Source: the human T2T-CHM13v2.0 reference genome, Homo sapiens
DNA length: 64,000 bases
Strand: one strand, 5' to 3'
Assembly: GCF_009914755.1 (NCBI RefSeq)
Contig: NC_060947.1
Of this stretch, positions 11,101-23,100 are shown piece after piece. Made by a program: the position numbers and the translations under genes. The notes below the pieces were generated by a model, which had not been told where the DNA came from, did not search any database, and saw only the letters and a list, made by a program, of their open reading frames with translations. How positions within the stretch are numbered: the stretch's first letter is position 1; each line of letters starts with the position of its first letter.

Positions 11101-14100
11101 AATCATCAGTCAGAAGTTTCTGAGAATGCTTCTCTTTAGTTCTTACGTGAACATATACCCGTTTCGAACGAAGGCCACCCAGTGGTCCAAATATCCACTT
11201 GCAGATTCTACAGAAAGAGAGTTTCGAACCTGAACTCTCAAAGGCAGGTTCATCTCTGCGAGTTAAATGCATTCATCATGAAGAACTTTCTCAGAGTCTT
11301 TGTGTTTAGTTACGGGAAATTATTCCCGTTTCCAACGAAATCCTCAGAGAGCTCCAAATATCCACCTGCAGATTCTACCAAAAGTGTATTTGGAAACTGC
11401 TCCATCAAAAGGCATGTTCAGCTCTGTGAGCGAAACTCCATCATCACAAAGAATATTCTGAGAATGCTTCCGTTTGCCTTTTATATGAAGTTCCTTCCTA
11501 TACTACCGTAGGCCTCAAAGCAGTCCAAATCTCCATTTGCAGATTCTACAAAAAGAGTGATTCCAATGTGCTCTATCAATAGGATTGTTCAACTCCATGA
11601 GTTGAATGCCATCCTCACAAAGTCGTTTCTGAGAATGCTTCTATCTAGTTTTCATGTGAAGATATTTCCTTTTCCACCACAGGCCTCAAAGCCCTCCAAA
11701 CGTCCACTTGCAGATTCTCGAAAAAGAGTGTTTCATAGCTGCTCTTTCAAAAGGAAAGTTCAACTCTGGGAGTTGAATACAAACATCACAAAGTAGTTTC
11801 CGAGAATGCTTCTGTTTAGTTCTTATGTGAAGATGATCCCGTTTCCAGTGAAATCTTCAAAGAGGTCCACATATCCCCTTGCAGATTCCAAAGAAAGAGG
11901 GTTTCAAAACTGCTCCATCAAAAGGATTGTTCAACTCTGTGAGTTGAATGCAGTCATCGCAGAAAACTTTCTGAGAATGCTTCTGTCTAGGTTTGATGTG
12001 AAGATATAGACGTTTCAAACGAAGGCTACAAAGTGGTCAAAATATACACTTGCAGATTCTACTACAAGGGTGTTGCAAACCTGAACTATCAAAGGAAGGT
12101 TCAACTCTGTGAGTTGAATACAAACATCACAAAGAATGCTCTGAGTTTGCTTCCGTTCAGTTATGGGAAGTTGATCCCGTTTCCAACGAAATCCTCAGAG
12201 AGGTCCAAATATCTCCGTGCCGATTCTACAAAACGTGTGTTTGGAAACTGCTCCATCATAACGAATGTTCAGCTCTCTGAGTTAAACTCCATCGTCACAA
12301 AGAATTTTCTGAGAGTGCTACCGTCTAGTTTTTATATGAAGTTCTTTCCTTTACTACCACAGGCCTCAAAGCGGTTCAAATCTCCACTAGCAGATCCTAC
12401 AAAAAGAGTGTTTGCAAACTGCTCTATCAAAAGGAATGTTCAACTCTGGGAGTTGAATGCAATCATCACAGAGCAGTTTCTGAGAATGCTTCTATGTCGT
12501 TTTTAGGAGAAGATATTTCCTTTTCCAACACAGTCCTCCAAGCCCGCTAAATATCCACTTGCACATTGTAGAAAAAGTGTGTCGAAGCTGCGCTATCAAA
12601 GGGAAAGTTCAACTCTGTGAGGTGAATGCAAACATCCCAAAGAAGTTTCTGAGAATGCTTCCGTTTAGCTTTTAGGTGAAGATTATCCCGTTTCCAACGA
12701 AATCTTCAAAGAGGTCCAAATATCCCCTTGCGGATCCCACAGAAAGAGTGTTTCGAAACTGCTGTTTCAAAAGGAATCTTCAACTCTGTGAGTTGAATGC
12801 AATCATCACAAAGAAGTTTCCGACAATGCTTCTCTCTCGTCTTTCTGTGAAGAGAAAGGAAAAGGCTTTCAGGTCTTTTCCACCAGAGGCTTGAAAGCGC
12901 TCCAAATGTCCACTTGCAGATTCTGCCAAAAGAATATTTCAAAACTGCTCTATGAAAAGCAATGTTAAACTCTGTGGCTCGAACACAAACATCGCAAAGC
13001 AGTTTCTGAGAATGCTTCAGTTTAGTTTTTCTGTGGAAATATTCCCGTTTCCAAAGAAATCTTCAAAGAGGTCCACGTATCCACTTACAGATTCTACAAA
13101 AAAAGACAGTTTCAAAACTGCTCAATCAAAAGGAGGGTTCAACTGTGTGACTTGAATGCAATCATCACTCAGAAGTTTCTGAGAATGCTTCTCTTGTTTT
13201 TTACGTGAACATATACCCGTTTCGAACGAAGGCCAGCCAGTGGTCCAAATATCCACTTGCAGATTCTACAGAAAGAGTGTTTCGAACCTGAACTCTCAAA
13301 GGCAGGTTCATCTCTGCGAGTTAAATGCATTCACCATGAAGAACTTTCTCAGAGTGTTTGTGTTTAGTTATGGGAAATTATTCCCGTTTCCAACGAAATC
13401 CTCAGAGAGCTCCAAATATCCACCTGCAGATTCTACCAAAAGTGTATTTGGAAACTGCTCCATCTAAAGGCATGTTCAGCTCTGTGAGTGAAACTCCATC
13501 ATCACAAAGAATATTCTGAGAATGCTTCCGTTTGCCTCTTATATGAAATTCCTTCCTATACGACCGTAGGCCTCAAAGCAGTCCAAATCTCCATGTACAG
13601 ATTCTACAAAAAGATTGATTCCAATCTGCTCTATCAATAGGATTGTTCAACTCCATGAGTTGAATGCCATCCTCACAAAGTCGTTTCTGAGAATGCCTCT
13701 ATCTAGTTTTTATGTGAAGATATTTCCCTTTCCACCACAGGCCTCAAAGCCCTCCAAACGTCCACTTGCAGATTCTCGAAAAAGAGTGTTTCATAGCTGC
13801 TCTTTCAAAAGGAAAGTTCAACTCTGGGAGTTGAATACAAACATCACAAAGTAGTTTCCGAGAATGCTTCTGTTTAGTTCTTATGTGAAGATGATCCCGT
13901 TTCCAGTGAAATCTTCAAAGAGGTCCACATATCCCCTTGCAGATTCCAAAGAAAGAGGGTTTCAAAACTGCTCCATCAAAAGGATTGTTCAACTCTGTGA
14001 GTTGAATGCAGTCATCGCAGAAAACTTTCTGAGAATGCTTCTGTCTAGGTTTGATGTGAAGATATAGACGTTTCAAACGAAGGCTACAAAGTGGTCAAAA

Positions 14101-17100
14101 TATACACTTGCAGATTCTACTACAAGGGTGTTGCAAACCTCAACTATCAAAGGAAGGTTCAACTCTGTGAGTTGAATACAAACATCGCAAAGAATGCTCT
14201 GAGTTTGCTTCCGTTCAGTTATGGGAAGTTGATCCCGTTTCCAACGAAATCCTCAGAGAGGTCCAAATATCCCCTTGCAGATTCTACAAAACGTGTGTTT
14301 GGAAACTGCTCCATCATAACGAATGTTCAGCTCTCTGAGTTAAACTCCATCGTCACAAAGAATTTTCTGTGAGTGCTACCGTCTACTTCTTATATGAATT
14401 TCTTTCCTTTACTACCACAGGCCTCAAAGCGGTCCAAATCTCCACTTGCAGATTCTACAAAAAGAGTGTTTGCAAACTGCTCTATCAAGACGAATGTTCA
14501 ACTCTGGGAGTTGAATGCAATTATCACAGAGCAGTTTCTGAGAATGCTTCTATGTCGTTTTTAGGAGAAGATATTTCCTTTTCCAACACAGTCCTCCAAG
14601 CCCGCTAAATATCCACTTGCACATTGTAGAAAAAGTGTGTCGAAGCTGCGCTGTCAAAGGGAAAGTTCAACTCTGTGAGGTGAATGCAAACATCCCAAAG
14701 AAGTTTCTGAGAATGCTTCCGTTTAGCTTTTAGGTGAAGATTATCCCGTTTCCAACGAAATCTTCAAAGAGGTCCAAATATCCCCTTGCGGATCCCACAG
14801 AAAGAGTGTTTCGAAACTGCTGTTTCAAAAGGAATCTTCAACTCTGTGAGTTGAATGCAATCATCACAAAGAAGTTTCCGACAATGCTTCTCTCTCGTCT
14901 TTCTGTGAAGATAAAGAAAAGGCTTTCAGGCCTTTTCCACCACAGGCCTGAAAGCGCTCCAAATGTCCACTTGCAGATTCTGCCAAAAGAATATTTCAAA
15001 ACTGCTCTATGAAAAGCAATGTTAAACTCTGCAGCTCGAACACAAACATCACAAAGCAGTTTCTGAGAATGCTTCAGTTTAGTTTTTCTGTGGAAATATT
15101 CCCGTTTCCAAAGAAATCTTTAAAGAGGTCCACGTATCCACTTACAGATTCTACAAAGAAAGACAGTTTCAAAACTGCTCAATCAAAAGGAGGGTTCAAC
15201 TGTGTGACTTGAATGCAATCATCACTCAGAAGTTTCTGAGAATGCTTCTCTTTAGTTTTTACGTGAACATATACCCGTTTCGAACGAAGGCCACCCAGTG
15301 GTCCAAATATCCACTTGCAGATTCTACAGAAAGAGTGTTTCGAACCTGAACTCTCAAAGGCAGGTTCATCTCTGCGAGTTAAATGCATTCACCATGAAGA
15401 ACTTTCTCAGAGTGTTTGTGTTTAGTTATGGGAAATTATTCCCGTTTCCAACGAAATCCTCAGAGAGCTCCAAATATCCACCTGCAGATTCTACCAAAAG
15501 TGTATTTGGAAACTGCTCCATCTAAAGGCATGTTCAGCTCTGTGAGCGAAACTCCATCATCACAAAGAATATTCTGAGAATGCTTCCGTTTGCCTCTTAT
15601 ATGAAGTTCCTTCCTATACGACCGTAGGCCTCAAAGCAGTCCAAATCTCCATGTACAGATTCTACAAAAAGAGTGATTCCAATCTGCTCTATCAATAGGA
15701 TTGTTCAACTCCATGAGTTGAATGCCATCCTCACAAAGTCGTTTCTGAGAATGCCTCTATCTAGTTTTTATGTGAAGATATTTCCCTTTCCACCACAGGC
15801 CTCAAAGCCCTCCAAACGTCCACTTGCAGATTCTCGAAAAAGAGTGTTTCATAGCTGCTCTTTCAAAAGGAAAGTTCAACTCTGGGAGTTGAATACAAAC
15901 ATCACAAAGTAGTTTCCGAGAATGCTTCTGTTTAGTTCTTATGTGAAGATGATCCCGTTTCCAGTGAAATCTTCAAAGAGGTCCACATATCCCCTTGCAG
16001 ATTCCAAAGAAAGAGGGTTTCAAAACTGCTCCATCAAAAGGATTGTTCAACTCTGTGAGTTGAATGCAGTCATCGCAGAAAACTTTCTGAGAATGCTTCT
16101 GTCTAGGTTTGATGTGAAGATATAGACGTTTCAAACGAAGGCTACAAAGTGGTCAAAATATACACTTGCAGATTCTACTACAAGGGTGTTGCAAACCTCA
16201 ACTATCAAGGGAAGGTTCAACTCTGTGAGTTGAATACAAACATCACAAAGAATGCTCTGAGTTTGCTTCCGTTCAGTTATGGGAATTTGATCCCGTTTCC
16301 AACGAAATCCTCAGAGAGGTCCAAATATACCCTTGCACATTCTACAAAACGTGTGTTTGGAAACTGCTCCATCATAACGAATGTTCAGCTCTCTGAGTTA
16401 AACTCCATCGTCACAAAGAATTTTCTGAGAGTGCTACCGTCTACTTTTTATATGAAGTTCTTTCCTTTACTACCACAGGCCTCAAAGCGGTCCAAATCTC
16501 CACTTGCAGATTCTACAAAAAGAGTGTTTGCAAACTGCTCTATCAAAAGGAATGTTCAACTCTGGGAGTTGAATGCAATCATCACAGAGCAGTTTCTGAG
16601 AATGGTTCTATGTCGTTTTTAGGAGAAGATATTTCCTTTTCCAACACAGTCCTCCAAGCCCGCTAAATATCCACTTGCACATTGTAGAAAAAGTGTGTCG
16701 AAGCTGCGCTATCAAAGGGAAAGTTCAACTCTGTGAGGTGAATGCAAACATCCCAAAGAAGTTTCTGAGAATGCTTCCGTTTAGCTTTTAGGTGAAGATT
16801 ATCCCGTTTCCAACGAAATCTTCAAAGAGGTCCAAATATCCCCTTGCGGATCCCACAGAAAGAGTGTTTCGAAACTGCTGTTTCAAAAGGAATCTTCAAC
16901 TCTGTGAGTTGCATGCAATCGTCACAAAGAAGTTTCCGACAATGCTTCTCTCTCGTCTTTCTGTGAAGAGAAAGGAAAAGGCTTTCAGGCCTTTTCCACC
17001 ACAGGCCTGAAAGCGCTCCAAATGTCCACTTGCAGATTCTGCCAAAAGAATATTTCAAAACTGCTCTATGAAAAGCAATGTTAAACTCTGCGGCTCGAAC

Positions 17101-20100
17101 ACAAACATCACAAAGCAGTTTCTGAGAATGCTTCAGTTTAGTTTTTCTGTGGAAATATTCCCGTTTCCAAAGAAATCTTCAAAGAGGTCCACGTATCCAC
17201 TTACAGATTCTACAAAAAGACAGTTTCAAAACTGCTCAATCAAAAGGAGGGTTCAACTGTGTGACTTGAATGCAATCATCACTCAGAAGTTTCTGAGAAT
17301 GCTTCTCTTTAGTTTTTACGTGAACATATACCCGTTTCGAACGAAGGCCAACCAGTGGTCCAAATATCCACTTGCAGATTCTACAGAAAGAGTGTTTCGA
17401 ACCTGAACTCTCAAAGGCAGGTTCATCTCTGCGAGTTAAATGCATTCATCATGAAGAACTTTCTCAGAGTGTTTCTGTTTAGTTATGGGAAATTATTCCC
17501 GTTTCCAACGAAATCCTCAGAGAGCTCCAAATATCCACCTGCAGATTCTACCAAAAGTGTATTTGGAGACTGCTCCATCAACAGGCATGTTCAGCTCTGT
17601 GTGTGAAACTCCATCATCACAAAGAATATTCTGAGAATGCTTCCGTTTGCCTTTTATATGAAGTTCCTTCCTATACGACCGTAGGCCTCAAAGCAGTCCA
17701 AATCTCCATTTGCAGATTCTACAAAAAGAGTGATTCCAGTCTGCTCTATCAATAGGATTGTTCAACTCCATGAGTTGAATGCCATCCTCACAACGTCGTT
17801 TCTAAGAATGCTTCTATCTAGTTTTCATGTGAAGATATTTCCTTTTCCACCACAGGCCTCAAAGCCCTCCAAACGTCCACTTGCAGATTCTCAAAAAAGA
17901 GTGTTTCATAGCTGCTCTTTCAAAAGGAAAGTTCAACTCTGGGAGTTGAATACAAACATCACAAAGTAGTTTCCGAGAATGCTTCTGTTTAGTTCTTATG
18001 TGAAGATGATCCCGTTTCCAGTGAAATCTTCAAAGAGGTCCACATATCCCCTTGCAGATTCCAAAGAAAGAGGGTTTCAAAACTGCTCCATCAAAAGGAT
18101 TGTTCAACTCTGTGAGTTGAATGCAGTCATCGCAGAAAACTTTCTGAGAATGCTTCTGTCTAGGTTTGATGTGAAGATATAGACGTTTCAAACGAAGGCT
18201 ACAAAGTGGTCAAAATATACACTTGCAGATTCTACTACAAGGGTGTTGCAAACCTGAACTATCAAAGGGAGGTTCAACTCTGTGAGTTGAATACAAACAT
18301 CGCAAAGAATGCTCTGAGTTTGCTTCCGTTCAGTTATGGGAAGTTGATCCCGTTTCCAACGAAATCCTCAGAGAGGTCCAAATATCCCCTTGCAGATTCT
18401 ACAAAACGTGTGTTTGGAAACTGCTCCATCATAACGAATGTTCAGCTCTCTGAGTTAAACTCCATCGTCACAAAGAATTTTCTGAGAGTGCTACTGTCTA
18501 CTTCTTATATGAATTTCTTTCCTTTACTACCACAGGCCTCAAAGCGGTCCAAATCTCCACTTGCAGATTCTACAAAAAGAGTGTTTGCAAACTGCTCTAT
18601 CAAGAGGAATGTTCAACTCTGGGAGTTGAATGCAATTATCACAGAGCAGTTTCTGAGAATGCTTCTATGTCGTTTTTAGGAGAAGATATTTCCTTTTCCA
18701 ACACAGTCCTCCAAGCCCGCTAAATATCCACTTGCACATTGTAGAAAAAGTGTGTCGAAGCTGCGCTATCAAAGGGAAAGTTCAACTCTGTGAGGTGAAT
18801 GCAAACATCCCAAAGAAGTTTCTGAGAATGCTTCCGTTTAGCTTTTAGGTGAAGATTATCCCGTTTCCAACGAAATCTTCAAAGAGGTCCAAATATCCCC
18901 TTGCGGATCCCACAGAAAGAGTGTTTCGAAACTGCTGTTTCAAAAGGAAACTTCAACTCTGTGAGTTGAATGCAATCATCACAAAGAAGTTTCCGACAAT
19001 GCTTCTCTCTCGTCTTTCTGTGAAGATAAAGGAAAAGGCTTTCAGGCCTTTTCCACCACAGGCCTGAAAGTGCTCCAAATGTCCACTTGCAGATTCTGCC
19101 AAAAGAATATTTCAAAACTGCTCTATGAAAAGCAATGTTAAACTCTGCGGCTCGAACACAAACATCACAAAGCAGTTTCTGAGAATGCTTCAGTTTAGTT
19201 TTTCTGTGGAAATATTCCCGTTTCCAAAGAAATCTTTAAAGAGGTCCACGTATCCACTTACAGATTCTACAAAGAAAGACAGTTTCAAAACTGCTCAATC
19301 AAAAGGAGGGTTCAACTGTGTGACTTGAATGCAATCATCACTCAGAAGTTTCTGAGAATGCTTCTCTTTAGTTTTTACGTGAACATATACCCGTTTCGAA
19401 CGAAGGCCACCCAGTGGTCCAAATATCCACTTGCAGATTCTACAGAAAGAGTGTTTCGAACCTGAACTCTCAAAGGCAGGTTCATCTCTGCGAGTTAAAT
19501 GCATTCACCATGAAGAACTTTCTCAGAGTGTTTGTGTTTAGTTATGGGAAATTATTCCCGTTTCCAACGAAATCCTCAGAGAGCTCCAAATATCCACCTG
19601 CAGATTCTACCAAAAGTGTATTTGGAAACTGCTCCATCTAAAGGCATGTTCAGCTCTGTGAGCGAAACTCCATCATCACAAAGAATATTCTGAGAATGCT
19701 TCCGTTTGCCTCTTATATGAAGTTCCTTCCTATACGACCGTAGGCCTCAAAGCAGTCCAAATCTCCATGTGCAGATTCTACAAAAAGAGTGATTCCAATC
19801 TGCTCTATCAATAGGATTGTTCAACTCCATGAGTTGAATGCCATCCTCACAAAGTCGTTTCTGAGAATGCCTCTATCTAGTTTTTATGTGAAGATATTTC
19901 CCTTTCCACCACAGGCCTCAAAGCCCTCCAAACGTCCACTTGCAGATTCTCGAAAAAGAGTGTTTCATAGCTGCTCTTTCAAAAGGAAAGTTCAACTCTG
20001 GGAGTTGAATACAAACATCACAAAGTAGTTTCCGAGAATGCTTCTGTTTCGTTCTTATGTGAAGATGATCCCGTTTCCAGTGAAATCTTCAAAGAGGTCC

Positions 20101-23100
20101 ACATATCCCCTTGCAGATTCCAAAGAAAGAGGGTTTCAAAACTGCTCCATCAAAAGGATTGTTCAACTCTGTGAGTTGAATGCAGTCATCGCAGAAAACT
20201 TTCTGAGAATGCTTCTGTCTAGGTTTGATGTGAAGATATAGACGTTTCAAACGAAGGCTACAAAGTGGTCAAAATATACACTTGCAGATTCTACTACAAG
20301 GGTGTTGCAAACCTGAACTATCAAAGGAAGGTTCAACTCTGTGAGTTGAATACAAACATCACAAAGAATGCTCTGAGTTTGCTTCCGTTCAGTTATGGGA
20401 AGTTGATCCCGTTTCCAACGAAATCCTCAGAGAGGTCCAAATATCCCCTTGCAGATTCTACAAAACGTGTGTTTGGAAACTGCTCCATCATAACGAATGT
20501 TCAGCTCTCTGAGTTAAACTCCATCGTCACAAAGAATTTTCTGAGAGTGCTACCGTCTAGTTTTTATATGAAGTTCTTTCCTTTACTACCACAGGCCTCA
20601 AAGCGGTCCAAATCTCCACTTGCAGATTCTACAAAAAGAGTGTCTGCAAACTGCTCTATCAAAAGGAATGTTCAACTCTGGGAGTTGAATGCAATCATCA
20701 CAGAGCAGTTTCTGAGAATGCTTCTATGTCGTTTTTAGGAGAAGATATTTCCTTTTCCAACACAGTCCTCCAAGCCCGCTAAATAGCCACTTGCACATTG
20801 TAGAAAAAGTGTGTCGAAGCTGCGCTACCAAAGGGAAAGTTCAACTCTGTGAGGTGAATGCAAACATCCCAAAGAAGTTTCTGAGAATGCTTCCGTTTAG
20901 CTTTTAGGTGAAGATTATCCCGTTTCCAACGAAATCTTCAAAGAGGTCCAAATATCCCCTTGCGGATCCCACAGACAGAGTGTTTCGAAACTGCTGTTTC
21001 AAAAGGAATCTTCAACTCTGTGAGTTGAATGCAATCATCACAAAGAAGTTTCTGACAATGCTTCTCTCTCGTCTTTCTGTGAAGATAAAGGAAAAGGCTT
21101 TCAGGCCTTTTCCACCACAGGCCTGAAAGCGCTCCAAATGTCCACTTGCAGATTCTGCCAAAAGAATATTTCAAAACTGCTCTATGAAAAGCAATGTTAA
21201 ACTCTGCGGCTCGAACACAAACATCACAAAGCAGTTTCTGAGAATGCTTCAGTTTAGTTTTTCTGTGGAAATATTCCCGTTTCCAAAGAAATCTTCAAAG
21301 AGGTCCACGTATCCACTTACAGATTCTACAAAAAGACAGTTTCAAAACTGCTCAATTAAAAGGAGGGTTCAACTGTGTCACGTGAATGCAATCATCACTC
21401 AGAACTTTCTGAGAATGCTTCTCTTTAGTTTTTACGTGAACATATACCCGTTTCGAACGAAGGCCACCCAGTGGTCCAAATATCCACTTGCAGATTCTAC
21501 AGAAAGAGTGTTTCGAACCTGAACTCTCAAAGACAGGTTCATCTCTGCAACTTAAATGCATTCGTCATGAAGAACTTTCTCAGCGTGTTTGTGTTTAGTT
21601 ATGGGAAATTATTCCCGTTCCCAACGAAATCCTCAGAGAGGTCCAAATGTCCACCTGCAGATTCTACCAAAAGTGTATTTGGAAACTGCTCCATCAAAAG
21701 GCATGTTCAGCTCTGTGAGTGAAACTCCATCATCACAATGAATATTCTGAGAATGCTTCCATTTGCCTTTTATATGAAGTTCCTTCCTATACGACCGTAG
21801 GCCTCAAAGCAGTCCAAATCTCCATTTGCAGATTCTACAAAAAGAGTGATTCCAATCTGCTCTATCAATAGGATTGTTCAACTCCATGAGTTGAATGCCA
21901 TCCTCACAAAGTTGTTTCTGAGAATGCTTCTATCTACTTTTTATGTGAAGATATTTCCTTTTCCACCACAGGCCTCAAAGCCCTCCAAACGTCCACTTGC
22001 AGATTCTCGAAAAAGAGTGTTTCATAGCTGCTCTTTCAAAAGGAAAGTTCAACTCAGGGAGTTGAATACAAACATCACAAAGTAGTTTCCGAGAATGCTT
22101 CTGTTTAGTTCTTATGTGAAGATGATCCCGTTTCCAGTGAAATCTTCAAAGAGGTCCACATATCCCCTTGCAGATTCCAAAGAAAGAGGGTTTCTAAACT
22201 GCTCCATCAAAAGGATTGTTCAACTCTGTGAGTGGAATGCAGTCATCGCAGAAAACTTTCTGAGAATGCTTCTGTCTAGGTTTGATGTGAAGATATAGAC
22301 GTTTCAAACGAAGGCTACAAAGTGGTCAAAATATACACTTGCAGATTCTACTACAAGGGTGTTGCAAACCTGAACTATCAAAGGAAGGTTCAACTCTGTG
22401 AGTTGAAAACAAACATCGCAAAGAATGTTCTGAGTTTGCTTCCGTTCAGTTATGGGAAGTTGATCCCGTTCCCAACGAAATCCTCAGAGAGGTCCAAATA
22501 TCCCCTTGCAGATTCTACAAAACGTGTGTTTGGAAACTGCTCCATCATAACGAATGTTCAGCTCTCTGAGTTAAACTCCATCGTCACAAAGAATTTTCTG
22601 AGAGTGCTACCGTCTAGTTTTTATGTGAAGTTCTTTCCTTTACTACCACAGGCCTCAAAGCGGTCCAAATCTCCACTTGCAGATTCTACAAAAAGAGTGT
22701 CTGCAAACTGCTCTATCAAAAGGAATGTTCAACTCTGGGAGTTGAATGCAATCATCACAGAGAAGTTTCTGAGAATGCTTCTATGTCGTTTTTAGGAGAA
22801 GATATTTCCTTTTCCAACACAGTCCTCCAAGCCCGCTAAATATCCACTTGCACATTGTAGAAAAAGTGTGTCGAAGCTGCGCTATCAAAGGGAAAGTTCA
22901 ACTCTGTGAGGTGAATGCAAACATCCCAAAGAAGTTTCTGAGAATGCTTCCGTTTAGCTTTTAGCTGAAGATTATCCCGTTTCCAACGAAATCTTCAAAG
23001 AGGTCCAAATATCCCCTTGCGGATCCCACAGAAAGAGTGTTTCGAAACTGCTGTTTCAAAAGGAATCTTCAACTCTGTGAGTTGAATGCAATCATCACAA

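Larger units (their letters stand above)
1..20423 (-). repeat. HOR haplotype block 1
   Basis: Diagnostic states are gagaGCTCcaaatat (SacI site present), mostly tttcCgacaatg, tgtgagCgaaac and gtgtTtgcaaac, and CENP-B boxes with gttTccaacg. Confidence 0.8.
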
